A stretch of DNA of 64,000 nt, from contig CBDFKD010000002.1 of NCBI GenBank assembly GCA_965248695.1, positions 992,001 through 1,056,000 of the forward strand, written 5' to 3'. A program made the translations under genes and the position numbers. Below, piece by piece: positions 20,310 through 29,549 of the stretch. The notes beneath the pieces were generated by a model, which saw only the letters and a program-made list of their open reading frames with translations, had not been told where the DNA came from and searched no databases. This stretch comes from Acidobacteriota bacterium (GTDB taxonomy: Bacteria; Acidobacteriota; UBA890; WLXD01). Positions within the stretch are counted from its first letter, which is position 1, and every line of letters begins with the position of its first letter.

Positions 20310-21373
20310 TGCACCGCCAGTCGCTTGACGCGAGCGCTGCTACTGTCGCCTGGTCACGTCCCGCGTCGACGCCCCCCGCTGTGGCGCGAGGCTTCGCATT
20401 GCTGGCTCTGGTCATCGCTGCCAGCGTGGCGATCGCGTGTTCCGCAGGGGCACCTTCCGGTCCACTGGTGCTGAGCTTCGGGCATGTAGGCGCGCCCGGG
20501 TCGCTCTACGCCTTGACCGCCGAGGAGCTCGCTCGACGGGTCGAGGTGGAGATGGGCGACCGCCTGCGCCTGCAGGTTTTCGGCTCTAGCCAGCTGGGCG
20601 GCGATGAAGTGATGCTGCAGAAGCTCAGGCTCGGCACACTCGACCTCGCGCTCCCGTCGACGGTGATGTCGTCGAACGTTGCCGAGTTCGGCCTGTTCGA
20701 GCTCCCGTATCTAGTCCGCGACCGCGATCACATGCGCCGCATCGAAACCGCCGTGTTCTGGGACCGGCTGGCACCGAAGGCGCAAGGCCACGGATTCGAG
20801 ATCCTGGCGGTGTGGGAGAACGGCTTCCGGCACGTGACCAGCAACGTGCGTCCGGTGCGCACGCCGGACGATCTGCGCGGCATCAAGCTACGCACGCCGC
20901 GCGGGCTCTGGCGCGTGAAGATGTTCCAGGCATACGGCGCCAACCCCAGCCCGATGCCGATGGCGGAGGTGTTCGTGGCGCTGCAGACCGGGGTGATGGA
21001 CGGGCAGGAAAACCCGCTGACACAGATCCACAGCCAGCAGTTCCAGGAAGTGCAGACGTACCTGTCGCTCACCGGTCACGTCTATACCCCGGCGTTCGTC
21101 ACGGCCGGCGCGGGGCGCTGGGAAGCGCTTCCCGCCGACATCCGGCAGGATCTGGCCGGGCTCGCCCGCGACATGCGGACGTTCGTGCACGAGGCCGCAG
21201 CGCGCTTGGATACAGAGTTGCTGGCGCAGCTGCGCGACGACGGCATGCTGGTCAACGATGTCGATCGCGATGCGTTCAGCGCCGCCAGCCAACCAATCTA
21301 CTCGGAGTTCGCCGCCGAGGTCGAGGGTGGTGACGAGCTCCTGGTCGCCGTCCTGGAAGTTGGTGCTGACTGA
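20309..21373 (+). CDS. dctP: TRAP transporter substrate-binding protein
   Basis: SQLGGD, WENGFRH, GIKLR, LQTGVMDGQENP; start uncertain. Confidence 0.92.
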   Translation: MHRQSLDASAATVAWSRPASTPPAVARGFALLALVIAASVAIACSAGAPSGPLVLSFGHVGAPGSLYALTAEELARRVEVEMGDRLRLQVFGSSQLGGDEVMLQKLRLGTLDLALPSTVMSSNVAEFGLFELPYLVRDRDHMRRIETAVFWDRLAPKAQGHGFEILAVWENGFRHVTSNVRPVRTPDDLRGIKLRTPRGLWRVKMFQAYGANPSPMPMAEVFVALQTGVMDGQENPLTQIHSQQFQEVQTYLSLTGHVYTPAFVTAGAGRWEALPADIRQDLAGLARDMRTFVHEAAARLDTELLAQLRDDGMLVNDVDRDAFSAASQPIYSEFAAEVEGGDELLVAVLEVGAD

Positions 21374-21890
21374 TCTCGGGCGCTGGCGCCGCGCCCTGCG
21401 CGTACTGCTCGAGGCCACCGTGCTGGCGCTCATGGGCACGCTGGCGATCGTCGTGCTGCTGGGTGTGGGTTTCCGCAAGGCCGGCATGGCGCTGGCCTGG
21501 TACGACGAGCTGGCGTCGATCCTGCTCGCCTGGCTGACCTACTACGGCGCCGCGCTGGCGGCCCTCAACGGTCGCCACATCGGCTTCCCGACGCTGGTCC
21601 GAGACTTGGCGCCGGCCCGGCGCCGAATCGCCTGGGCGCTGCGCGAGATCATCGTCGTCGGCTTCTTCGTGCTGGTGGCGATCTCGGGTGTCCAGGTCGT
21701 ACGCGTCCTGTCCGGAACCTACCTCGTCGGGCTGCCCTGGTTGCCGGTGGCGTTGAGCCAATCAGTGATTCCGATCGGCGCGCTGCTGTTCGTGGTGGCG
21801 GAGCTGCTCGCCGTCGCCGACGCGCGCGGGCCAACAGCCTCGGCAAGCTCCGAGGTCTCCCCCGAATCGCCCACGCCGGGGTTGCCGTGA
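21363..21890 (+). CDS. dctQ: TRAP transporter small permease
   Basis: Four TM helices, WYDELA, GRHIG; lies between dctP and dctM. Confidence 0.88.
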   Translation: MLTDLGRWRRALRVLLEATVLALMGTLAIVVLLGVGFRKAGMALAWYDELASILLAWLTYYGAALAALNGRHIGFPTLVRDLAPARRRIAWALREIIVVGFFVLVAISGVQVVRVLSGTYLVGLPWLPVALSQSVIPIGALLFVVAELLAVADARGPTASASSEVSPESPTPGLP

Positions 21891-23176
21891 CGCTTCTGTG
21901 GATGTTCATCGGCCTGGTGGGGCTGATCGTGCTGAACGTGCCGATCGCGGTGGCCCTCGGGGTGGTGGCCGTGGCCGCCATGCTGGCCAGCTCCGGGATG
22001 GGCATGCTGCCCAACGTCGCACTGGTGCTATTCGACGGCACCACGAGGTTCCCGCTCATCGCCATTCCGCTCTTCATCCTGGCCGGGGCGATCATGAACG
22101 CCTCCGGCATCTCCCGTCGCCTGGTGGCGCTCGCCTCAGCTCTGCTCGGATTCGTCCGCGGCGGGTTGGCGATGGTGGCGATCGGCGCGTCGCTGTTCTT
22201 CGCCGAGATCTCGGGATCGGCGGTGGCCGACGTAGCGGCACTGGGCTCGATTCTCATCCCGGCCATGCGACGAAAGGGCTACTCACGCGAGTTCGCCGCC
22301 GCGGTGACCTCGTCGTCGGCAACGCTGGCTGTGATCATCCCGCCATCGATTCCGATGATCCTCTACGCCGTGATGTCGGGCAGCTCGGTGATCGAGCTGT
22401 TCGTCGCCGGCATCATTCCCGGTCTCATCGGCGGCGCGCTGCTGATGGGCATCGCCTACGCGATGGCGATCCGCCACGACTTCCCGGTCGAGGAAGCCTT
22501 CGAGCTGCGACGCCTTCGGCAGGCCTTCCGAGAGGCGGGGTGGGCGCTGTCGCTGCCCGTGATCATTCTCGGGGGCATCTTCGGCGGCGCGGTGACCGCC
22601 ACCGAGGGCGCCGGGCTGGCGGTGGTGGCAGCGATCGGGATCGGCGGGCTCGTATACCGCGAGCTGGACTGGGCGCATCTGCGCCGGGCGATGCTCGAGG
22701 GCGGCGTGCAGACCGCGGTGGTGATGCTACTGGTGGGGACGTCGGCGCTGCTCGGCACGTTCCTCACCCAGGCCCAGGTACCGCAGCAGCTGGCGGCCGG
22801 CATCACCGGCCTCACCGACAACCCCTGGACGGTATTGCTGCTGCTCAATGTGATGTTCCTGGTCATCGGGCTGTTCCTACACTCGGCGGCGGCGATCATC
22901 CTGGTGGTGCCGATCGTCATGCCGCTGGTGCGCGCCGTCGGCATCGACCCGGTCCATTTCGGGCTGGTGGTGACGCTCAATCTGGGGATCGGACAGCAGA
23001 CCCCGCCGGTTGCGTCGGTGCTGGTGACCGCATGCTCGGTGGCGAAGGCCGACATCTGGGAGGTAAGCAAGGTGAACGTCTGGTTCATCGCCGCCCTGCT
23101 GGCAACGCTGCTCCTGGTCACGTACGTTCCCGCCGTACCGCTCAGTCTGGTGCGACTGCTCTTCGGTTCCGCCTGA
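21887..23176 (+). CDS. dctM: TRAP transporter large permease
   Basis: AIPLFILAG, ISGSAVAD, IIPPSIPMI, DPVHFG, TPPV. Confidence 0.95.
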   Translation: MTLLWMFIGLVGLIVLNVPIAVALGVVAVAAMLASSGMGMLPNVALVLFDGTTRFPLIAIPLFILAGAIMNASGISRRLVALASALLGFVRGGLAMVAIGASLFFAEISGSAVADVAALGSILIPAMRRKGYSREFAAAVTSSSATLAVIIPPSIPMILYAVMSGSSVIELFVAGIIPGLIGGALLMGIAYAMAIRHDFPVEEAFELRRLRQAFREAGWALSLPVIILGGIFGGAVTATEGAGLAVVAAIGIGGLVYRELDWAHLRRAMLEGGVQTAVVMLLVGTSALLGTFLTQAQVPQQLAAGITGLTDNPWTVLLLLNVMFLVIGLFLHSAAAIILVVPIVMPLVRAVGIDPVHFGLVVTLNLGIGQQTPPVASVLVTACSVAKADIWEVSKVNVWFIAALLATLLLVTYVPAVPLSLVRLLFGSA

Positions 23177-23197
23177 GACGCAAACACGAGTCATCAC

Positions 23198-23977
23198 ATG
23201 ACCGAGAAGATCCTGGTCGACGCGTCGGCGCCGCTGGCGACGGTCACCCTGAACCGTCCGCAGCGGCTGAACGCACTCGACGAGGAGTCCTGGCGCCTGC
23301 TGGGCGAGGCTTTCGATGCCCTCGATGCGGACGATGACGTCCGCTGCATCGTGGTGCGTGGCGCCGGTGAGCGCGCGTTCTCGGCCGGGGCGGATGTGGC
23401 CGAGTTTGCCGACAAGCGCCGCGATGTCGAGCGCGCCACCGGGTACGGCAAGATCGAGCTTGCCGGCATCGAGGCGGCGACGACGTGTCGGCATCCGACG
23501 GTGGCCCAGATCCACGGCGTGTGCGTCGGCGGAGGTCTGGCCGTAGCACTGGCCTGTGATCTCCGCGTATGTGCGCAATCGAGTCGATTCGGCGTGCCCG
23601 TCAACCAGCTTGGCCTCACCATGTCCTACGGCGAGCTGGGGCTGCTGCAGCGTGCCGTCGGCGCCTCGGCTGCCTCGGAGATCCTGCTGTCGGGCGAAGT
23701 GTTCGGCGCCGAGCGCGCGCTGCACCTGGGGCTCGTAGGACGCGTCGTCGACGACGATCGGCTCGCCGACGAGGTCGCCGACCTGACCGGGCTCATCGTC
23801 GAGCGCGCGCCGCTGGTAAACCGCTGGCACAAGAAGTTCGTCCGTCGACTGCAGGACCCGACACCGCTGAGCGAAACCGAGATCGCCGAGGGTTACGAGT
23901 GCTTCGGGACCGAGGATTACCGAGCCGGCTTCGAAGCGTTTCTGGCCAAGCGCAAACCGACGTTCAAGGGCCGATGA
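23198..23977 (+). CDS. Enoyl-CoA hydratase/isomerase
   Basis: LNRPQRLNAL, AFSAGAD, GVCVGGG, ACDLR. Confidence 0.92.
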   Translation: MTEKILVDASAPLATVTLNRPQRLNALDEESWRLLGEAFDALDADDDVRCIVVRGAGERAFSAGADVAEFADKRRDVERATGYGKIELAGIEAATTCRHPTVAQIHGVCVGGGLAVALACDLRVCAQSSRFGVPVNQLGLTMSYGELGLLQRAVGASAASEILLSGEVFGAERALHLGLVGRVVDDDRLADEVADLTGLIVERAPLVNRWHKKFVRRLQDPTPLSETEIAEGYECFGTEDYRAGFEAFLAKRKPTFKGR

Positions 23978-25248
23978 GCGAGCCCGAGGCCCTGGGGGAC
24001 GCAGCGTCACGTCCGAGTGCCAGTGGCGACGCTGATCCGGCCGGGCCGCTCCACGGCATCCGGGTGATCGAGCTGGCGCACGTCATGGCGGGCCCGGTGT
24101 GCGGTCTCATGCTCGCCGACCTGGGCGCGGACGTGGTCAAGATCGAGCGGCCGACCGGCGATCCGACGCGCAAGTTCGTGCCTCCGGAACAGGGCGGCGA
24201 AGCGGCAGCGTTCCTCATGCTCAATCGCAACAAGCGCAGTATGGCGCTCGACATCAAGCATCCGGACGGTCGCGACGCATTGCTGCGACTGCTGGGCGAC
24301 GCTGACGTGCTGATCGAGAACTACCGGCCAGGCAGCCTGGCGCGCAGCGGCCTCGATTACGCCGCGCTCGAGCCCGACTTCCCGCGGCTGGTCTACTGCA
24401 GCATCACCGGCTACGGCAGCAGCGGGCCGATGGCAACAGACGGCGGACTCGATCTCATCGCCCAAGGCTACTCCGGCATCATGAGCATCACCGGCGAGGG
24501 CGAAGGGCGTCCGCCCGTGAAGGTAGGGGTGCCGCTGACCGATATCGGCGCGGGCATTCTGGCAGCGCTCGGTGTGGTCTCGGCGCTACACCGTCGCCAC
24601 CAGACCCGTCGCGGTCAGCACGTCGAGACCTCGTTGTTCGAGGCCGGTTTGATGACCACCTTTTGGCAGGCCGCCATCGCGCTGGCCTCCGGCCAATCCC
24701 CGGGGCCGATGGGCAGCGCCCATCCGCTGGCAGCACCTTACGAGGCCTTTCGCACCGCCGACGGCTGGATGACGCTCGGCACGCCGACGCAGACCAACTG
24801 GGAGCGGCTCCCGGACGTGCTCGGTATGCCCGAGTTGCTCGATGACGACAGGTTCGGCGATAACGCCGGGCGGCTACAGTACCGCCGCGAGCTGGTCGCG
24901 CTGGTGCAGGAGCGCATCGAGCAACGCACCACCAGCGATTGGATGGCGGCGCTCGGAGCGGCTGGCATCCCCGCCGGACCGGTGCTCAACGTCGGTGAGG
25001 CGCTCCATCACGCGCAGAGTCAGGCCCGCGAGATGCTGGCCTACGTCGATCACCCCACCGCCGGTCGGGTAGCGACGATCGGCCCGCCCATCAAGCTGAG
25101 CGAGTCACCGGCGTCGATTCGCGGACCCGCACCGCTGTTCGGACAGCACACGCGCGAGGTGCTGAGCCAGATCGGCTACCAGGATGCAGAGATCGAAGCG
25201 ATGCTCGGCGCCGGGGCAGCGATCGCAGGACCAGCAACCGCCAGCTGA
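23974..25248 (+). CDS. CaiB/BaiF family III CoA-transferase
   Basis: LADLGADVVKIE, NRNKRS, ENYRPG, PAPLFGQHT; ATGA overlap. Confidence 0.93.
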   Translation: MSEPEALGDAASRPSASGDADPAGPLHGIRVIELAHVMAGPVCGLMLADLGADVVKIERPTGDPTRKFVPPEQGGEAAAFLMLNRNKRSMALDIKHPDGRDALLRLLGDADVLIENYRPGSLARSGLDYAALEPDFPRLVYCSITGYGSSGPMATDGGLDLIAQGYSGIMSITGEGEGRPPVKVGVPLTDIGAGILAALGVVSALHRRHQTRRGQHVETSLFEAGLMTTFWQAAIALASGQSPGPMGSAHPLAAPYEAFRTADGWMTLGTPTQTNWERLPDVLGMPELLDDDRFGDNAGRLQYRRELVALVQERIEQRTTSDWMAALGAAGIPAGPVLNVGEALHHAQSQAREMLAYVDHPTAGRVATIGPPIKLSESPASIRGPAPLFGQHTREVLSQIGYQDAEIEAMLGAGAAIAGPATAS

Positions 25249-25430
25249 GGTCGACTGGGCTTTCGACTGCGAGCGTGCCGGCCGGTCGACTCTCCGCCGG
25301 CACGCGCACGAGATTCAGACTCGGTCACCGGGCGTAGTCGGGCAATCCTGGTCTGACGGCCCATTGACTGGTTCAGCCCCGCCACGTACGTTGCGGCAGC
25401 CCTTCCTCATGCCACCGAACGGAGATCGCC

Positions 25431-26405
25431 ATGCGCACCGCCGCCGCCCGAATCTTGCTGGCCCTACTGGTGGTCATACCCGCCACCGGGGTGGCGCAAG
25501 AGGTGGTCCACTTCGAACCCACCGTTGGCTACCCGACGTTCGCCGTGCGCGAGCCGGTGCTCCGCATCCAACCGAACACCGAGCTGCACTCGCGCACCAA
25601 TCACGGCCCCTACTACGACCCCGGCGGCGGTGCCTTCCCTGGCGAAGTTGGCCCCTTCTACGTCGAAGGAGCCGAGCCCGGCGACACGCTGGTGGTGGAG
25701 ATCATCGAGGTCGTGCCCAACATGGATACAGCTGGGGCGCAGATCAGTCCCGGATTCGGCGGCCTGGCCACCGACTCGCGTTTACGACTCCTCAACGATC
25801 CCATTCCCTTCAAGCGCTTCGAATGGCGGCTCGATCGCGAGGCGATGACCGGCACCCTAGACCTGCCCGACAGCGAGAGCGGTAGCATCACCATCGACCT
25901 CAGGCCCATGCTCGGCCGGGTCGCGGTGGCCCCGCGCGGCGAGGAGGCGTTCGGCGGCCTGTGGCCCGGCGACTTCGGCGGCAACCTCGACGCCCAGGAG
26001 GTGTCACCTGGAACCACGGTCTACTTGCCGGTGTTCCACGAGGGGGCGTACTTCTACTTCGGCGACGGCCACGCGCGCCAGGGCGAGGGCGAGGTCAACG
26101 GCACCGGGCTCGAAACTTCGATGGACGTGGTGTTGCGCATCGACGTGATCAAGAACACTGGCATCGACTGGCCGCGTCTGGAAGACGACGACTACATCAT
26201 GGTCGCCGGTAGCGCCCGGCCGCTGATCGATGCCTTCCGGCTCGCCCACGTCGAGCTCATCGAGTGGCTCGAGGCCGACTACGGCTTCGACCGCTGGGAC
26301 GCCTACCACCTCGTCGGCGAGCTCGGCGAGAGCTCGGTGGCCAACATCGTCGATCCGATCTACACGGTGGTGGCGAAGTTCCCCAAGCGATACTTGCCCG
26401 AGTAG
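25431..26405 (+). CDS. Secreted acetamidase/formamidase family protein
   Basis: GPFYVEGAEPGD, FGGNLD, GDGHARQGEGE, GLE; GGAG RBS. Confidence 0.9.
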   Translation: MRTAAARILLALLVVIPATGVAQEVVHFEPTVGYPTFAVREPVLRIQPNTELHSRTNHGPYYDPGGGAFPGEVGPFYVEGAEPGDTLVVEIIEVVPNMDTAGAQISPGFGGLATDSRLRLLNDPIPFKRFEWRLDREAMTGTLDLPDSESGSITIDLRPMLGRVAVAPRGEEAFGGLWPGDFGGNLDAQEVSPGTTVYLPVFHEGAYFYFGDGHARQGEGEVNGTGLETSMDVVLRIDVIKNTGIDWPRLEDDDYIMVAGSARPLIDAFRLAHVELIEWLEADYGFDRWDAYHLVGELGESSVANIVDPIYTVVAKFPKRYLPE

Positions 26406-26410
26406 CGTCC

Positions 26411-26440
26411 TCACGATCACGATCACGCTCAGGATCACGG
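26411..26440. repeat. Degenerate hexamer tandem repeat (TCACGA-like x5)
   Basis: tcacga tcacga tcacgc tcagga tcacgg just after the stop codon. Confidence 0.6.
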
Positions 26441-26492
26441 GCGCGGGAAAGGGTACATCGGAGAGGAGAGCAGCCGGACCGGAGCAGCAGGG

Positions 26493-26539
26493 CTAGTAGG
26501 GTGCTGAAGAACTCTGCAAGCGCCTGTAACAGGCCCTAG
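26493..26539. mobile_element. CTAG-bounded remnant of IS/MITE ends
   Basis: CTAGTAGGGTGCTGAAGAACTC...GCCTGTAACAGGCCCTAG; shares GCCTGTAACAG with the MITE end at 46250; right CTAG is the qor stop. Confidence 0.45.
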
Positions 26540-27513
26540 GGCAGCAAGACCGTCGATCCCGTGGTACCGCGCGACTCTAGCAACCGATGGGCTTCCGCGA
26601 CCTCCGGTAGGGGGAAGCGCTGGCCGATGCTGGGCGTGACCGTGCCATCAGCCACGACGCTGAACAGCTCCTCAGCAGCGACACGTAGCTCGTCGCCCGG
26701 GAGGATCTCCTTGGACATCGACGGGCGCGTCACGTAGAGCCCCTTGGGCAGCAGCCGCAGGAGGCTGAACGGGTCGACGGGGCCCGAGGCATTGCCGAAG
26801 CTCGCCATCAACCCATTGCGCGCCAGGCACTCGAGCGACTCGTCGAACGTCGCCTTGCCAACGCCGTCATAGACGACGCGCACGCCCTCGCCACCGGTGA
26901 TGTCGGCTACGCGCTCCGCGAAGCTCTCGCGGGTGTAGACGATCGTGTGATCACATCCGTTTGCTGCCGCCATCGCGGCTTTCTCGTCGGTACCGGCGGT
27001 GCCGATGACAGTCGCTCCTAGCGCTTTCGCCCACGGACACAGAATGGTCCCGACGCCACCGGCGGCGGCGTGAATCAACACCGTATCCCCGGGCTGCACG
27101 GCGTACGTCTGCCGCAGCAACATGCGCGCGGTGAGGCCCTTGAGCATGATCGCCGCGGCCTGCTCGTCGCCCACACTGTCGGGCAACTTGACCAGATGGT
27201 CGGCATCCAGCACGCGGCGCTCACTATAGGCACCCGCAGCCGTGCCCTCCGCAACGCGATCGCCGAGCGCAATATGCTCGACTCCCTCCCCTACCGCCTC
27301 GACAACCCCGGCCGCCTCGACCCCGAGCACCGCGGGCAACTCCGCCAGTGGGTAGAGACCCGAGCGCTGGTACGTGTCGATGTAGTTCAGCCCGATCGCG
27401 GTATGGCGAATGAGCGCCTGACCAGGACCGACGCCACCGAGCTCGATCTCCTCCCAGGACAGCGCCTCGGGTCCGCCGTACTCGTGGATCCGTATGGCAT
27501 GGGTCGCGGTCAT
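26536..27513 (-). CDS. qor: NADPH:quinone oxidoreductase (MDR family)
   Basis: AIGLNYID, HAAAGGVG, YDGVGK, FGNASG. Confidence 0.92.
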   Translation of the reverse strand: MTATHAIRIHEYGGPEALSWEEIELGGVGPGQALIRHTAIGLNYIDTYQRSGLYPLAELPAVLGVEAAGVVEAVGEGVEHIALGDRVAEGTAAGAYSERRVLDADHLVKLPDSVGDEQAAAIMLKGLTARMLLRQTYAVQPGDTVLIHAAAGGVGTILCPWAKALGATVIGTAGTDEKAAMAAANGCDHTIVYTRESFAERVADITGGEGVRVVYDGVGKATFDESLECLARNGLMASFGNASGPVDPFSLLRLLPKGLYVTRPSMSKEILPGDELRVAAEELFSVVADGTVTPSIGQRFPLPEVAEAHRLLESRGTTGSTVLLP

Positions 27514-27615
27514 CGTGTCCTCTCGTGGTTCGTGTTGGTGGCCTCGCCGGCTACGCCAGGAGCAGGTTATAGCTGCTGCGAGCTCAACGGGCAAAACGGC
27601 TCGCCGCCGCGGAGG

Positions 27616-29337
27616 CTACCGTGCTAGCGCCTCGAGGGTGGCGTTCTCGCGGGCCGCGAGCTCGGGACGTCCGGTGTCGGTATAGAACTCGGCAAGCAGG
27701 TGATGGATCCAGGCGTCACCCGCCCAGCGGTCGCGAAGCGCCACCAGCCGTGCCTCAGCCTCCTCAAGCAGACCCCGCTCCCACAGGATCCGCGCCTCCG
27801 CTCGGCCGCTCCAGAAGCCGCCGGGATCCAGGCTCGCCAGCGTCGCCGCCGCTTCGTCGGCAGCATCCAGGTCCTCCATCGCCAGATGAACGTCTACCAG
27901 GCGGCCGTGCATCGCCAACTGATACGGATCCAGCTCCAGCCCACGACGCGTCGTTGCGAGCGCAACGGTCGGCTGGCCGAGCCGCAGCTCCACGTCGGCA
28001 GCGACCATGTAGACCCAGAAAACGTTCGGGGCCAGGGCGCGGGCCCGGTCCAGGGCCGCCTGCGAGGCCTCGACGTCGGACACCAGCAGAGCAAGCAGCG
28101 CAGCGGCGATGTGAACAACCGGATCGTCGGGGTCCGAGTGCCGCGCCGCCTCGATCTCGTGCCCGGCTTCCGCAAGCTCGGCAACGGTCCACGGCCGCCA
28201 GCCGACGGCCTCTGCCATTGTCGCGACGCGTCCCGCCCTAGCCCGCGCGAAGTCCTCATCGAGCACGATCGCGCGACGCAGCAACTCAGCTGCCTGCAGG
28301 GCGATTCCGAGATCGCGTTGGGCTGGCCCGATCAACAGCTCCGCCGCCTGCACTGCCAGCAGCGTCGCCTCCTTGCTCGTCGATGGCCGCAACGTGCTGT
28401 ATACGCTGGCGTGGTCGAGTAGAAAGCCGAGGCGCGTCAACAGGCTGCGGGCGAAGGCATCGGCGCGGAACAGCTCTGCCGGGATGTCCCAGTCCTGTCG
28501 CCACCAGTTGTCGCCGGTGATCGCATCGCGAACCCGGGCCGAGATATCGAGCCGCCCGGCGTCGGCGACGATGTCGACGCTCAAGACCGCATCGACGGCT
28601 TGCTTCTGGTCGACTGCTCCGGAACCGGCCAGCGACACGACGGTGAGCTTCGTCTCCCGCTCGATCAGGTCGATGAGCGCGGGCGCGAGCGCCTCGACGA
28701 CCTCCACCGCCAGCGGCGCCCCCGCCGAGGACAGATCGCCCAGCCCCAACCGACTGATCTGTATCGGTCGATCGGTGGCTACTGCGTCGCCGTCGCTTGT
28801 TCCCGGTCCACCGAACCGTCCCCAGAGCACCATGCTCGCGGCGACGAGTAGGGCCGCAGCGACCCAGGTCGCCCGGCTACGGGCCAAGCGCGTTGCCGCC
28901 GAGTAGTCGCTGGAGAGGTGGGCTGTGGATGCGGCTGGAGAGCGGTCGGCGACCGTGGAAGGCTCCGATGCGCCGGAAGCCATGGAGCCCTCGACCTCCG
29001 CCACGAAGCGGTAACCGCGGCGGGGCAGCGTCTGAACGAAGCGCGGCTGACGCGGATCGTCGTCGAGCGCTTGTCGAATCAGGCTAATCGCATGCGTCAG
29101 CGAGTCCTCCGAAACAAAGGACTCCGGCCACCCGCGCTCCAGCAGAGCGTCCTTGGTCAGGACGTCTCCGGGATGCTCCAGAAAGCACACCAGCACTGTC
29201 AAGGCGCGAGGCGGCAGCGCCACCTCGCGATCGCCCTCATACAACAGGCCGGTATCGACCTCGAGGCGAAAACCCTCGAAGCGGTACTCACGTAGCGGTC
29301 CCGCCGAGGCTGTCCCGTTCCCTGGCGCGGCTACCAT
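27616..29337 (-). CDS. CadC/ToxR-like regulator: N-terminal OmpR-type winged helix, one TM helix, periplasmic TPR domain
   Basis: YRFEGFRL, WPESFVSEDSL, LDDDPRQPRFVQTLPRRGYRF, TM WVAAALLVAASMVLW, TPR-like helices; AGGAGG RBS. Confidence 0.88.
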   Translation of the reverse strand: MVAAPGNGTASAGPLREYRFEGFRLEVDTGLLYEGDREVALPPRALTVLVCFLEHPGDVLTKDALLERGWPESFVSEDSLTHAISLIRQALDDDPRQPRFVQTLPRRGYRFVAEVEGSMASGASEPSTVADRSPAASTAHLSSDYSAATRLARSRATWVAAALLVAASMVLWGRFGGPGTSDGDAVATDRPIQISRLGLGDLSSAGAPLAVEVVEALAPALIDLIERETKLTVVSLAGSGAVDQKQAVDAVLSVDIVADAGRLDISARVRDAITGDNWWRQDWDIPAELFRADAFARSLLTRLGFLLDHASVYSTLRPSTSKEATLLAVQAAELLIGPAQRDLGIALQAAELLRRAIVLDEDFARARAGRVATMAEAVGWRPWTVAELAEAGHEIEAARHSDPDDPVVHIAAALLALLVSDVEASQAALDRARALAPNVFWVYMVAADVELRLGQPTVALATTRRGLELDPYQLAMHGRLVDVHLAMEDLDAADEAAATLASLDPGGFWSGRAEARILWERGLLEEAEARLVALRDRWAGDAWIHHLLAEFYTDTGRPELAARENATLEALAR

Positions 29338-29366
29338 GTGTGTACCTCCTGGGCGGCCGGCGGCGT

Positions 29367-29394
29367 TTCAGGAGTTCCTAAGGCTCTCTTCAGG
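29367..29394. promoter_or_regulatory. Three direct repeats at 11-bp period (TTCAGG/CTAAGG/TTCAGG); candidate wHTH binding site
   Basis: Repeats start at 29367, 29378 and 29389, between the divergent genes. Confidence 0.55.
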
Positions 29395-29549
29395 ACTCGC
29401 GAGCGGCCGAGGGCGAGGGTGACGACATGCGACGCGGCACCCGCCTGGATGCGCGAGACGGCGCCGCGGCCCACTGTCGCGTCGCAAGTATATGTGGGTC
29501 GCGGCCCGTCTCCCAACGTCCCGCCGGCTGGCGGGCACAGGAGGCTCTA

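Noticed and set aside
21898-23337. Long Arg/Gly-rich alternative-frame ORFs (also 13568-14950, 10795-11859, 15028-16230 and others)
   Set aside because: Shadow ORFs expected in high-GC DNA; no motifs, and they overlap well-supported genes.
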